A stretch of 64,000 nt of DNA, taken from contig SVMI01000005.1 in NCBI GenBank assembly GCA_015067495.1, forward strand, positions 41,599-105,598, given 5' to 3'. Source of the DNA: Oscillospiraceae bacterium (GTDB lineage: Bacteria > Bacillota > Clostridia > Oscillospirales > Oscillospiraceae). Under the pieces are notes generated by a model. It was not told where the DNA came from. It did no database searches and was given only the letters and a program-made list of their open reading frames with translations. The position numbers were made by a program, and so were the translations under genes. Shown piece after piece: positions 30,837-40,948 of this stretch. Each line of letters starts with the position of its first letter. Position 1 is the first letter of the stretch.

Positions 30837-32222
30837 TTATGCCAGATAGATTGCCTTGCAGGCAAGCATCGTTTCGTAGCAGTCCAGCTTGGAGACCAGC
30901 TCCATGGGGGCGTGCATGCAAAGTACGGGCACGCCGGCATCGACGGTTACGATGTTGCGGTTTGCCATATAGGCTGCCACAGTACCGCCGCCGCCCTGAT
31001 CTACCTTACCCAGCGTTGCGATCTGCCAGATGACACCGGCATTGTCAAAGGTGGTTCGGATGTGGCTCATTGCCTCAGCGGAAGCGTCGGATGCGCCGCC
31101 CTTACCGCGGGAGCCGGTGTACTTACAGATGGCAACGCCGTAGTTGAGCATGCTGTTGTTGCGGCGGTCGCAGGTTTCTGCAAAGTTGGGGTCGAATGCA
31201 TTGGAAACATCGGCGGACAGGCAGAAGGAGTTGGCGAAGCACTCTCTGAGCTTGACGTTCTGGGCGCAGCACAGAATATCCATGAAGTACTCAAAGGCAT
31301 CGCTCTGCATGCCGGAGATGCCCACAGAGCCGATCTCTTCCTTGTCGGCAAGGATGCACACAGCAGTCTTGTTGGGAACGGTGAGAGAGAACAGTGCTGC
31401 CAGCTCTGCGTAGGAGCAGACCCGGTCGTCGTGACCGTAAGCACCCAGCAGGCTGCGATCCAGACCCACCTCGCGGCAGCGACCGGCGGGGACGATGGTC
31501 AGCTCGGCAGAGAGGAAGTCGGACTCGATGATGCCGTACTTTTCGTTCAGCAGCTTCATGATGTGCAGCTTTACAAGGTCGCTGCCCTCGCCCTCCAGAG
31601 GCTCGGTGCCGAGGATGACGTTCAGCTGCTCGCCGGCGATGACCTGCGCGGCGGTCTTCTGCATCTGATCGGCAGACAGATGGATCAGAAGATCCGAAAC
31701 CACCAAAATGGGGTCGTTTTCCTCTTCGCCGATGGTGATGGTGACGGTAGTGCCGTCTTTTTTGCAGACAACGCCATGGAGCGCCAGTGCCACGGTGGGC
31801 CACTGATACTTCTTGATGCCACCGTAGTAGTGGGTCTTGAAGTAGGCGATTTCAGAATCCTCATAAAGGGGATTGGGCTTCAGATCCATGCGGGGAGAGT
31901 CGACGTGGGCAGCGCAGATGTTGGCACCCTTGGCGAGGGATTCTGCACCGACAACAGCCAGAATGATGGACTTGCCCCGGTTGTTCATATAAATACGGTC
32001 ACCGGGCTTGATGTCCATGCCGTCGACCAGCGGCTTGAAGCCCTGCTTTTCCGCTTCGGCAACAGCCCATGCTGTCGCTTCACGCTCGGTCTTGCAGGCG
32101 TCGATAAAGGCGGTGTAGCCTTTGCAGTAGCTTTCCATCTCAGCACGCTGTTCGGCACTGATGCGGGTATAGCCGTTCTTGGGAGCCATCAACAGGGATT
32201 CTTTCAATTCTTCGTTGGTCAT
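30837..32222 (-). CDS. M18 family aminopeptidase
   Basis: AHVDSPR, YGHDDR, DKEEIGS, HAPME. Confidence 0.92.
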   Translation of the reverse strand: MTNEELKESLLMAPKNGYTRISAEQRAEMESYCKGYTAFIDACKTEREATAWAVAEAEKQGFKPLVDGMDIKPGDRIYMNNRGKSIILAVVGAESLAKGANICAAHVDSPRMDLKPNPLYEDSEIAYFKTHYYGGIKKYQWPTVALALHGVVCKKDGTTVTITIGEEENDPILVVSDLLIHLSADQMQKTAAQVIAGEQLNVILGTEPLEGEGSDLVKLHIMKLLNEKYGIIESDFLSAELTIVPAGRCREVGLDRSLLGAYGHDDRVCSYAELAALFSLTVPNKTAVCILADKEEIGSVGISGMQSDAFEYFMDILCCAQNVKLRECFANSFCLSADVSNAFDPNFAETCDRRNNSMLNYGVAICKYTGSRGKGGASDASAEAMSHIRTTFDNAGVIWQIATLGKVDQGGGGTVAAYMANRNIVTVDAGVPVLCMHAPMELVSKLDCYETMLACKAIYLA

Positions 32223-32237
32223 GAGATTATCTCCTTT

Positions 32238-32819
32238 TCAAGTGGATGTTTTTATTATACCGAGATCGCGCAAAAACGCAATACAATTTGCTGTAAATTC
32301 TTCGATCGTGCCGTTGTTTTCCAGAACATGGCTGCAGCGGCTGTGATACCAGTTTTCGTCGTGTTGGGCAGCAATGCGGCTGCGGGCATAGCTTTCCGAA
32401 ATTCCGTCGCGCTGCATCAGCCGCGCGATACGCGCTTCAACCGGCGCGGTGACCGCAACGGTCACATCGCAAAGCTCTGCAAGCCCGCCCTCAAAAAGAC
32501 CGATGGCATCGATGGCAACAAGCTCGCCGTCCAGATGCTTCATTACCTCGGCTTTTACTGCGCCGTGGGTGATGGCATTCAGCTGCAGCAGCTTTTGCTC
32601 ATCTGCGAAGACGATGGCACCCAGCTTTTTGCGGTCGAGCGCACCGTTTTCCACCGTTCCCGGGAAGTGGGCTTCGATGGCTTTCAGCAGGGAAGTGTCC
32701 GTCCGCAGCAGCCGGTGATAGATGGCGTCGCAGTCAAGGACAGTGCCGCCGTGGACTTCGATCAGGTTCAGCAGGGTGGTTTTGCCGCAGCCGGTGCCGC
32801 CGGTGATGCCGAGGATCAT
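32238..32819 (-). CDS. coaE: Dephospho-CoA kinase
   Basis: GITGGTGCGKTT, DCDAIYH, LDRKKLGAIVF. Confidence 0.93.
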   Translation of the reverse strand: MILGITGGTGCGKTTLLNLIEVHGGTVLDCDAIYHRLLRTDTSLLKAIEAHFPGTVENGALDRKKLGAIVFADEQKLLQLNAITHGAVKAEVMKHLDGELVAIDAIGLFEGGLAELCDVTVAVTAPVEARIARLMQRDGISESYARSRIAAQHDENWYHSRCSHVLENNGTIEEFTANCIAFLRDLGIIKTST

Positions 32820-33850
32820 GCTTCCACCTCCGCATCGATGATGTGGAAGGCGGCTGCCTTTTTCAGCCGGTTCTGCACCGCGTAAGCCACACCGCCGCCT
32901 ACGGGGCAGCGGGCATAGATCTTGGTGATGGAAGGATCGTCCAGCTCCCGAAGCGCGGCGAAAAGACCGGCGGAAAGGGTGGCAACATCTGCTTCCTTAC
33001 CGTAGGCGAGGGGATCACAATCCTGATACAGCGTCAATTCTTCCTCAAAACACAGCACCCGTTCGCCCTTTGCGTAATGGGCGTGGATATAGGCGGCTGC
33101 CTTTTCCCGGGAGCCGGATACGATAACGACCTCGCTTTGGGGGGCATAATGCTTGTACTTCATGCCGGGAGCTTTGACAACGGCATCCTTATCAATTTGT
33201 GCAGTAACCGCCTTGTCTATTACAAGATCGCCCAAAACCGTCTCAAGCTGCTCCGGGGTGATGCCGCCGGGACGCAGCAGCCGGGGGCGGTCTGCGGTCA
33301 GATCCACGATGGTGGATTCCACGCCCACGCGGCACGGACCGCCGTCAATGATCAGCGGGATCTTGCCGGCATGATCGTCGTAGACGTGCTGCGCGGTGGT
33401 GGTAGAGGGCTTGCCGGAAATGTTGGCAGAGGGCGCAGCCACGGGAACACCCGCATGGCGGATGATCTGCCGGGTGATGTCGCAATCGGGGCAGCGGACA
33501 GCCACGGTGGGCAGTCCGGCGCGGGTGGACAGCGGCACGCGATCCTGCGCCGGCAGCACCATGGTCAGCGGTCCGGGCCAGAAGGCAGCTGCCAGCTGAT
33601 AAGCACTTTTGGGGATATTCTCGCAGACCAGCTCCATTTGCTCCGGGTCTGCGATGTGGAGGATCAGGGGGTTGTCCTGCGGGCGACCTTTGACTTCAAA
33701 AATCTTTGCAACAGCCTCGGGATCCAAGCCGTTGGCACCCAGACCGTATACGGTTTCTGTAGGCAATGCCACCAGTTCGCCGGCGGTCAGGTGAAGCGCG
33801 GCGAGGAGTATGTTTATTTCGCTGTCGCCGGAGAGGATTCGTGTTTGCAT
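32816..33850 (-). CDS. sua5: L-threonylcarbamoyladenylate synthase (Sua5/YwlC, two-domain)
   Basis: PTETVYGLG, KGRPQDNPLI, PSANISG, PGMKYKHYAP; start at MQTRIL with GGAGG RBS. Confidence 0.93.
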   Translation of the reverse strand: MQTRILSGDSEINILLAALHLTAGELVALPTETVYGLGANGLDPEAVAKIFEVKGRPQDNPLILHIADPEQMELVCENIPKSAYQLAAAFWPGPLTMVLPAQDRVPLSTRAGLPTVAVRCPDCDITRQIIRHAGVPVAAPSANISGKPSTTTAQHVYDDHAGKIPLIIDGGPCRVGVESTIVDLTADRPRLLRPGGITPEQLETVLGDLVIDKAVTAQIDKDAVVKAPGMKYKHYAPQSEVVIVSGSREKAAAYIHAHYAKGERVLCFEEELTLYQDCDPLAYGKEADVATLSAGLFAALRELDDPSITKIYARCPVGGGVAYAVQNRLKKAAAFHIIDAEVEA

Positions 33851-33967
33851 TGGGGATCCTCCTTTCGTAGTTTCTGCCATTTTACTGCATTTGACCGCAA
33901 AATGCAACACTTTACAAAAAAATGAGGCAGCCGCTTTTGCGACTGCCTGCGTCTTTGGCTTGTATGC

Positions 33968-34747
33968 TCAAAAGCCCATCTGCTTCAGTTGATGGGCAAT
34001 GTGCAGGTAGAAAAGCCCCACACCGACCAAGCTCTTTTTCGTGCCGTAGACACCCACCATCTTGAAGTGGTCTACCTGACCCTCCATCGAACCCCGGTAG
34101 TCGCCCCATTGGCTGGAGCTGACGGAAACCATGCCGTCGGTGTCGTCCTGCTCGCAGTAGCGGGAGATCTCGTAGGGAATGTAGCGCAGAAATGCCTTTT
34201 TGCGCGGAGAGGTGGAGGAATAGCTCTGGTAGTAAACGGAGGGGGCGTTGGGCGTTGACGCGTTGAAGGCTTCCATGGCTTCGGCGGTCAGCTCCTGCGC
34301 AAGAGTGAGGGTATCCGGGTGTTGATCCCGTAGCATGCGGTAAAAGATATCGAAGAAAAAGGCAACAGTTTTCGCAAGAAAACCGGGCATTTTCAAAAGC
34401 TTTGCGCTGAGACCGGAGCCATGGTGCGGGGTGGACAGCGTGGTCAGGGAAGCGACGTGCTTTTCCATGTTGAGGTGTGAGATCATACAGCGGGTGTCCA
34501 GACCGCCCTTGGAATGGGCGATGATGTTGACCTTGTCGCAGTTTTCCTTCGTGAGGATCTGCAGGATCTCGTCCTTCAGCTGCCCGGCATTGCCGGCGAT
34601 GGTACCGACACCGTCCTGATCGGTGACATAAACAGTCAGTCCCTGCTCCCGCAGGAAATCGGCAATGTGGCGAAATGCCGGATAGAAGGGAAAGTCCTTG
34701 ACCATCATTCCATGGACAAGAACGATGGGATATTTGGTTTTCTCCAC
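33968..34747 (-). CDS. Alpha/beta hydrolase (lipase/esterase)
   Basis: PIVLVHG, AHSKGG nucleophile elbow, STPHHGS, DGMV, DH. Confidence 0.88.
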   Translation of the reverse strand: MEKTKYPIVLVHGMMVKDFPFYPAFRHIADFLREQGLTVYVTDQDGVGTIAGNAGQLKDEILQILTKENCDKVNIIAHSKGGLDTRCMISHLNMEKHVASLTTLSTPHHGSGLSAKLLKMPGFLAKTVAFFFDIFYRMLRDQHPDTLTLAQELTAEAMEAFNASTPNAPSVYYQSYSSTSPRKKAFLRYIPYEISRYCEQDDTDGMVSVSSSQWGDYRGSMEGQVDHFKMVGVYGTKKSLVGVGLFYLHIAHQLKQMGF

Positions 34748-34784
34748 CTGACTTCACGTCCTTTTTACTTAATGATGAATGGTG

Positions 34785-34915
34785 TATCGCAGAAGCGATA
34801 TGATATACGGCTGCGCCGTATGATATAATATCCGTCCCGACATATGCCGTAGGCATACATCATCGCACAAAGTGCGACATTATATCGAAGATATATCACC
34901 TGTTCTGAAAGGAAC
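34785..34915. repeat. Array of short perfect hairpins in the tpiA-lipase intergenic region
   Basis: Five 6-bp stems with 3-4 nt loops (34785-800, 34806-820, 34843-857, 34863-877, 34881-895) plus a weaker one (34902-915). Confidence 0.7.
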
Positions 34916-34923
34916 GGATATCA

Positions 34924-34969
34924 TTGATTGTAAAAAGGAGCAGCACTTGCTGCTCCTTTTTACAATCAA
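34924..34969 (-). terminator. tpiA terminator
   Basis: 22-bp inverted repeat TTGATTGTAAAAAGGAGCAGCA / TGCTGCTCCTTTTTACAATCAA. Confidence 0.8.
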
Positions 34970-35745
34970 ACAGTGGGCTGGTTGGCAGCCTCGATGATCT
35001 TGACGAACTTCTCAGCGACCAGAGATGCGCCGCCGATCAGACCGCCGTCGATGTCGGGCTGAGCCAGCAGCTCGTAGGCGTTCTTCTCGTTCATGGAGCC
35101 GCCGTAGAGGATGGAGATGGCGCGGGCATTCTTGGAGGAATACAGCTTGCGCACGACGCTGCGGATCATTTCGCAGACTTCCTCAGCCTGCTCGGGAGTG
35201 GCGGTCAGACCGGTGCCGATTGCCCAGATGGGCTCGTAGGCGATGACGACCTTGCGGATCTTGTCTTCCGGCACACCTGCCAGACCCAGCTTGATCTGCA
35301 TGGTGATATGCTCGGCGGTGATGCCTGCCTCCCGCTGTGCCAGAGTCTCGCCGCAGCACATGATGGGGGTCAGACCTGCTTCCAGAGCAGCCAGAACCTT
35401 TGCGTTGACATCAGCATCCGTCTCGCCGTACATCTCGCGGCGCTCGGAGTGACCGATGATCACGTACTTGCAGCCTGCGTCCACCAGCATGTTGGTAGCG
35501 ATCTCGCCGGTATAGGCACCGCTTGCGTTGGCGTTGCAGTTTTCAGCACCGATACCCACACGGGTGTCACGCATGGCGCGGACAGCTGCGGGGATGCAGA
35601 CAGCGGGAACACACAGTGCCACATCGCACCAGCGGCCCTTGGGCAGGATGGTCTTCAGCTGAGCCATAAACTCCTTGGTTTCGGAGGGGGTCTTGTTCAT
35701 TTTCCAGTTACCGGCAATGAGGGTCTTGCGATACTTTCTGTTCAT
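34966..35745 (-). CDS. tpiA: Triosephosphate isomerase
   Basis: AGNWKMN, IIGHSERR, AYEPIWAIGTG, LIGGASL. Confidence 0.98.
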   Translation of the reverse strand: MNRKYRKTLIAGNWKMNKTPSETKEFMAQLKTILPKGRWCDVALCVPAVCIPAAVRAMRDTRVGIGAENCNANASGAYTGEIATNMLVDAGCKYVIIGHSERREMYGETDADVNAKVLAALEAGLTPIMCCGETLAQREAGITAEHITMQIKLGLAGVPEDKIRKVVIAYEPIWAIGTGLTATPEQAEEVCEMIRSVVRKLYSSKNARAISILYGGSMNEKNAYELLAQPDIDGGLIGGASLVAEKFVKIIEAANQPTV

Positions 35746-35833
35746 GATGATTTACTCCTTATATATGCATCGATCGTCGATGTAATTGACGTAGTTATGA
35801 AAATGGTTTTGGGTGTGTGAGGACAGTCGCAGT

Positions 35834-35857
35834 GGCGGGGGCAAGCCCCCGCCCTAC
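35834..35857 (-). repeat. GTAG-type REP element
   Basis: Minus strand GTAG-GGCGGGGGC-TT-GCCCCCGCC. Confidence 0.65.
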
Positions 35858-35875
35858 GGTAGAATAGAAAAGAGA

Positions 35876-37075
35876 TTACTTATCCTGCAGGCAGGCAATG
35901 CCCGGAAGCTCCAGACCCTCGAGGAACTCGAGAGATGCGCCGCCGCCGGTGGAGATGTGGGTGATCTGATCAGCGAAGCCCAGCTGCTCGCAGGCTGCTG
36001 CGCTGTCGCCGCCGCCAACGATGGTCACGGCATCGGAATCAGCAAGTGCCTGAGCAACAGCGATGGTGCCCTTTGCCAGAGTGGGGTTCTCGAAAACGCC
36101 CATGGGGCCGTTCCAAACGACGGTCTTGGCTGCCTTGGCAGCGCCTGCAAATTCAGCGCAAGCCTTGGGACCGATGTCCAGACCCATCTGATCAGCGGGG
36201 ATCGCGGTGCAGTCGACATACTGGACGGCGATCTCGGCGTCGATGGGGGAGGGGAAGGAAGAAGCCACAGCAGTATCAACAGGCAGCAGGAGCTTGACGC
36301 CCTTTACCTCTGCCTTTGCCATCATTTCCTTGCAGTAGTCCAGCTTTTCGCTGTCAACGAGAGACTTGCCGACGGTGTAGCCCTGCGCAGCAAGGAAGGT
36401 GTAAGCCATGCCGCCGCCGATGATCAGGGTGTCGACCTTTTCCAGCAGGTTGTTGATGACGTTCAGCTTGTCAGAAACCTTGGCGCCGCCCAAAATGGCA
36501 ACGAAGGGACGCTCGGGGTTGGCAAGAGCCTTGCCCATGATGGAAACTTCCTTCTGTACCAGATAGCCGGAAACAGCAGGCAGGTAGTCAGCGACACCGG
36601 CGGTGGAGGAGTGTGCGCGGTGAGCGGTGCCGAATGCGTCGTTGACAAAAATGTCTGCCATGGAAGCCAGATCCTTGGAAAGCTCGGGATCGTTCTTGGT
36701 CTCGCCCTTGATGTAGCGGGTGTTTTCCAGCAGCATCACATCGCCGGGCTGCAGAGCGGCAGCCTTAGCCTTGGCATCCTCGCCGGCAACGTCAGCAGCC
36801 ATGATGACGGTCTTGCCCAGCAGCTCGCTCAGACGGTCGGCGACGACCTTCAGGCTCAGCTCGGGCTTCCACTCGCCCTTGGGCTTGCCCATGTGGGAGC
36901 AGAGGATGACCTTTGCGCCCTTGTCGATCAGGTACTGAATGGTGGGCAGAGCGGCAACGATACGCTTATCGGAAGTGATCTTGCCGTCCTTGGTGGGAAC
37001 GTTGAAGTCGCAGCGGCACAGAACGCGCTTGCCGGCTACTTCGATGTCTTCAATGGACTTCTTGTTGTAGTTCAT
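35876..37075 (-). CDS. pgk: Phosphoglycerate kinase
   Basis: [40 protein letters not shown]. Confidence 0.98.
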   Translation of the reverse strand: MNYNKKSIEDIEVAGKRVLCRCDFNVPTKDGKITSDKRIVAALPTIQYLIDKGAKVILCSHMGKPKGEWKPELSLKVVADRLSELLGKTVIMAADVAGEDAKAKAAALQPGDVMLLENTRYIKGETKNDPELSKDLASMADIFVNDAFGTAHRAHSSTAGVADYLPAVSGYLVQKEVSIMGKALANPERPFVAILGGAKVSDKLNVINNLLEKVDTLIIGGGMAYTFLAAQGYTVGKSLVDSEKLDYCKEMMAKAEVKGVKLLLPVDTAVASSFPSPIDAEIAVQYVDCTAIPADQMGLDIGPKACAEFAGAAKAAKTVVWNGPMGVFENPTLAKGTIAVAQALADSDAVTIVGGGDSAAACEQLGFADQITHISTGGGASLEFLEGLELPGIACLQDK

Positions 37076-37102
37076 AGTAATTCCTCCATATTTATAAGGG
37101 CG

Positions 37103-37585
37103 TCAGCCCTTCATTTTTCCGTAATTCTGAAAACCGGGGAAATCCAGCTGCCGCAGTGCTTCATAGACGGTGATGGCGACGGCATTGCTCAAATTCAGGC
37201 TGCGGGTATCCGGCAGCATGGGGATACGGATGCACGCGTCATAATGGGCATCCAGAAAATCCTCCGGCAAACCCTTGGTCTCCTTGCCGAAAAACAGATA
37301 GCAATCTTCCGTGAAATCGGCTTCGGTATAAGCCCGTGGTGCTTTGGTGGAAAGACACCACAGCTGCTTTACCTGATTCTTGGAGAAGAAGTCGTCCAGA
37401 TTTTCATAATCCAGCACTTCCACATCTTTCCAGTAATCAAGTCCTGCCCGGCGCACCGCCTTTTCGGAAATGTCAAAGCCCAGCGGGCGGATCAGGTGCA
37501 GACGGCACCCGGTGGCTGCGCAGGTGCGGGCGATGTTGCCGCAGTTCTGCGGGATCTCAGGCTCTACCAGTACGATATTCAGCAT
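37103..37585 (-). CDS. trmL: tRNA (cytidine/uridine(34)-2'-O)-methyltransferase
   Basis: PEIPQNCGNIAR, RRAGLDYW, FGKETKGL, RSLNLSNA. Confidence 0.93.
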   Translation of the reverse strand: MLNIVLVEPEIPQNCGNIARTCAATGCRLHLIRPLGFDISEKAVRRAGLDYWKDVEVLDYENLDDFFSKNQVKQLWCLSTKAPRAYTEADFTEDCYLFFGKETKGLPEDFLDAHYDACIRIPMLPDTRSLNLSNAVAITVYEALRQLDFPGFQNYGKMKG

Positions 37586-37906
37586 GTTTACCTACCTCAA
37601 AGCCGAAGAATCGGAAGCGGAAACCGCTTGCGTCCTTTATTGTATGCCAAAGCGTCCGCAAAATCAACCGAAAAAACAAAAAAATGGCAACTTTTAATAC
37701 TATTCACATAAAAAAACCACAAAAGCCCACAATTTTGTGAAAAATGCGTACTTGATTTTTGGGAAAATCGGTTTACAGAGATAAAAAGAACCGCAAACAC
37801 GGAAAAATAATCGTAAAGTTTCCGTAAATATTCAGATTTTGCTCTTTACGGATGGCGGAAAAAGATGTAATATGAGGAAAGCGTATAAACATTGGAGGAA
37901 CAGCAC

Positions 37907-38584
37907 ATGGACAATAAGCATGCGGATCAGGGCTACCGCAAACTGTGGAAGACCCTGAAGGATATGACATGGAAGCAGCGGTGGGAGCACCTGATCTATT
38001 ACTATGGCGTGTTTGCACTGGTTGCCATCGCAGTGATCATTATGGGCGTGAGCCTTATTGTGGATATGACAAGCGAGAAGCCGGAGTATCTGTTTGAGGG
38101 CATGCTTGTCAATGTCGGCTGGACAGACGAGGTGGAGGAGAGAATGACGACGGATCTGTTTGATCTTTTAGGCGGAACAGATCCTGAGAAACAATATGTA
38201 CTCGTCAATCACTTTGCCCTCAAGGAGTACAGCGCCTCCATAATTGAGAATATGTACACACGTGTGGCGGTGGGGGAGATCGACTATATCCTCGTGGATA
38301 AGTTCGCCATGGATGCCATGGCGCCATGGGGCTTTTTTACAAATCTCAATCTGATCCTCTCCCCGGAGACCATGAAGCAGTGGGAAGCATATTTTGTCTA
38401 TGCCCATGATGAAATGACGGAAGAGATCTATCCCATTGCCATTGACCTTTCCAAGACGGAGTTTGCAAAGCAGTGCAGGTACACCGGCGATCATCTCTAT
38501 ATCGGCTTTGCCGGAAATACCAACAGACCCATGAAACCGGAGGATTTCCTGCAGTATTTGATGTCACTTTTTGATGGAGAATGA
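37907..38584 (+). CDS. Hypothetical membrane-anchored protein
   Basis: MTWKQRWEHLIYYY then one TM helix and a solute-binding-like soluble region; GGAGG RBS before 37907. Confidence 0.7.
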   Translation: MDNKHADQGYRKLWKTLKDMTWKQRWEHLIYYYGVFALVAIAVIIMGVSLIVDMTSEKPEYLFEGMLVNVGWTDEVEERMTTDLFDLLGGTDPEKQYVLVNHFALKEYSASIIENMYTRVAVGEIDYILVDKFAMDAMAPWGFFTNLNLILSPETMKQWEAYFVYAHDEMTEEIYPIAIDLSKTEFAKQCRYTGDHLYIGFAGNTNRPMKPEDFLQYLMSLFDGE

Positions 38585-38641
38585 TTGACAATTCCTGCTT
38601 TTTGTGGGATAATAACGTGAAAAATATGAAAGCAAGGGGAT

Positions 38642-40420
38642 ATGCAAACCATGAAGCAATCCAGAACTCATAACTGCGGCGAGCTGCGGCTGTGCGACGC
38701 AGGCAAAGAAGTAACCATTGTCGGCTGGATGGAGAACGTCCGTGAAGTCGGCTCCAACTTTGCGTTCCTTGTTCTCCGCGATTTCTACGGCACCACGCAG
38801 GTCGTCGTCGAGACCGAGGAAATGATGCGGTTAATCAAGCCCATCAACAAGGAATCCACCATCTCCGTCACGGGTATTGTCCGTGAGCGTGAGAGCAAGA
38901 ACACCAAGATCCCCACCGGCGAGATCGAGGTCGTGCCTACTGCCATTACTGTGCTGGGCAAGTGCCGTCACAACCAGCTGCCCTTCGAGATCAACAAGTC
39001 CAAGGACGCAGCGGAGGAGACCCGTCTGAGATACCGCTACCTTGACCTGCGTAACCCCGCGGTCAAGCAGAACATTGTCCTGCGCTGTCAGGTGGTTGCC
39101 GAGCTGCGCCGTCTGATGACCGAAAAGGGCTTCTTGGAGATTACGACCCCCATCCTGACTGCTTCCTCTCCCGAGGGCGCACGTGATTATCTGGTTCCCG
39201 CACGTAATCACCCCGGCAAGTTCTACGCCCTGCCTCAGGCTCCCCAGCAGTTCAAGCAGCTGCTGATGACCTCCGGCTTCGACAAGTACTTCCAGATCGC
39301 ACCCTGCTTCCGTGATGAGGATGCCCGCGCAGACCGCACGCCCGGCGAGTTCTATCAGCTGGATATGGAAATGGCATTCGCGACACAGGATGACGTTCTT
39401 TCCACGCTGGAGGATGTGCTTGTTCCCGTGTTCCAGAAGTTCGGCAAGTATGAGCGCATTTCTGCCGCTCCCTTCCGTCACATTCCCTTCAACGAAGCCA
39501 TGGAGCGTTATGGCTCTGACAAGCCCGACCTGCGTATCGATTTGGAGGTCAACGACATCTCTGAGATCGTTCAGGGCTGCGGCTTCGCTCCTTTCGAGGG
39601 TGCAACGGTCAAGGCTGTCGCCGTTGACGATTTCAATCAGGCACGCAAGTGGATCGACAAGCTGATCGCTGACGTGGAAGTCCAGACCGGCAACAAGGCT
39701 TGCTGGGTCAAGGTGGACGAAAACGGCGAGCTGACCGGCGGTGTGTCCAAGTTCTTGAGCGAGTGCAAGGATGCCTTGGTTGCAAAGCTGAATCTGAAGC
39801 CCGGCTCCTTCGTGTGCATGGCTGCAGGCAAGAAGCTGGCTGCACAGAAGACTGCGGGTGTCATCCGCACCATGCTGGGCAAGCGCGTTCCCGGTCACTT
39901 TGACGAGGATCAGTACGCCATCTGCTGGATCGTTGACTTCCCCATGTATGAGCTGGACGAGGAGACCGGCAAGGTGGAGTTCTGCCACAACCCCTTCTCC
40001 ATGCCTCAGGGCGGTATGCAGGCACTGCTGGATGCCGAGGGCGATGTGGAGAAGCTACTGGCGATCAATGCCAACCAGTATGACTTGGTCGTCAACGGCT
40101 ATGAGTCTGCTTCCGGCGCTGTCCGTAACCACGATCCCGAGATCATGGTCAAGGCATTCGAGATGGTCGGTCTGGGCGAGGAGAACGTCAAGGCAAAGTT
40201 CCCCGCAATGTACAATGCCTTCACCTACGGCGCACCTCCCCACGCTGGCGCAGCACCCGGCGTTGACCGCCTGATCATGCTGCTGACCGGCGAGGAGTCC
40301 ATCCGCGAGGTCATCACCTTCCCCATGAACAAGAACGCGCAGGACCTGATGATGGACGCACCTACTGCTGTCGATCAGATCCAGCTGGATACCGTTCATA
40401 TTGCACTGTTAGAAGAATAA
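38642..40420 (+). CDS. aspS: Aspartate--tRNA ligase
   Basis: RTHNCGEL, RLRYRYLDLR, PEGARDYLVP, CFRDED, HNPFS, GVDRLIM; upstream TTGACA-17-GATAAT. Confidence 0.97.
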   Translation: MQTMKQSRTHNCGELRLCDAGKEVTIVGWMENVREVGSNFAFLVLRDFYGTTQVVVETEEMMRLIKPINKESTISVTGIVRERESKNTKIPTGEIEVVPTAITVLGKCRHNQLPFEINKSKDAAEETRLRYRYLDLRNPAVKQNIVLRCQVVAELRRLMTEKGFLEITTPILTASSPEGARDYLVPARNHPGKFYALPQAPQQFKQLLMTSGFDKYFQIAPCFRDEDARADRTPGEFYQLDMEMAFATQDDVLSTLEDVLVPVFQKFGKYERISAAPFRHIPFNEAMERYGSDKPDLRIDLEVNDISEIVQGCGFAPFEGATVKAVAVDDFNQARKWIDKLIADVEVQTGNKACWVKVDENGELTGGVSKFLSECKDALVAKLNLKPGSFVCMAAGKKLAAQKTAGVIRTMLGKRVPGHFDEDQYAICWIVDFPMYELDEETGKVEFCHNPFSMPQGGMQALLDAEGDVEKLLAINANQYDLVVNGYESASGAVRNHDPEIMVKAFEMVGLGEENVKAKFPAMYNAFTYGAPPHAGAAPGVDRLIMLLTGEESIREVITFPMNKNAQDLMMDAPTAVDQIQLDTVHIALLEE

Positions 40421-40424
40421 GCAA

Positions 40425-40458
40425 AACCCCGGATGACACGATCGTGTCATCCGGGGTT
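40425..40458 (+). terminator. aspS terminator (34-bp perfect palindrome)
   Basis: AACCCCGGATGACACGA/TCGTGTCATCCGGGGTT. Confidence 0.7.
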
Positions 40459-40522
40459 AATAAAGCACAAAAATAGTGCTTGCAATTTGACGGGAAATAT
40501 ACTATACTATCAAAGCACACTT

Positions 40523-40561
40523 GCCGGTGTGATGGAATGGTAGACGTAGTGGACTCAAAAT
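40523..40561 (+). pseudogene. 5' half of the interrupted host tRNA-Leu(CAA) (attL side)
   Basis: GCCGGTGTGATGGAATGGTAGACGTAGTGGACTCAAAAT then non-tRNA sequence; behind a TTGCAA-17-TATACT promoter. Confidence 0.9.
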
Positions 40562-40566
40562 GTAAA

Positions 40567-40621
40567 TACGTCAAATGGAATCTGGTGGAATATTCCGGTA
40601 TTATCCACTTGATATAGCGGA
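40567..40621. promoter_or_regulatory. Candidate integrase arm-type sites, left end (counterparts at 45205-45241)
   Basis: TACGTCAA, GTGGAATATTCC, TCCACTTGA and ATATAGCGGA each recur within 65 bp of the right core (the last two inverted). Confidence 0.55.
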
Positions 40622-40705
40622 TTATTGAACAAATATCCCTCCTAGCATTTCGAGATCCCTCCAATATTCGGAATTTCGTCCATGGCAGTGCAAACAATTG
40701 AATAT

Positions 40706-40791
40706 GCCGGTGTGTTGGAATGGTAGACGAGGAGGACTCAAAATCCTTTGGTAGCGATACCGTGTGGGTTCGAGTCCCACCACCGGCACCA
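40706..40791 (+). tRNA. tRNA-Leu(CAA), intact copy carried inside the element
   Basis: 86 nt; acceptor GCCGGTG/CACCGGC, anticodon arm GAGGA-CTCAAAA-TCCTT, long variable arm, GTGGG-TTCGAGT-CCCAC, encoded CCA. Confidence 0.93.
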
Positions 40792-40948
40792 CAAAATGTG
40801 GGCCTGTATTCTCAGAATACAGGCTTGCTTTTTGTATTATAAATAGTTATTTTATATCTTCTTGTAGAGTCGTGTCATTTAGGGGATGACAAATTAGATT
40901 TTATTTGGTATAATATAGAAAATATTTTACTTGAAGGAGGGAAATACT

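Noticed and set aside
38590-38641. T-box riboswitch upstream of aspS (and asnS)
   Set aside because: The leaders are too short and no T-box consensus or terminator/antiterminator is visible.
37103-40791. Functional link between trmL (which modifies tRNA-Leu C34) and the tRNA-Leu island 3 kb away
   Set aside because: trmL is host-like in composition, outside the att sites and on the other strand; proximity alone is not evidence.
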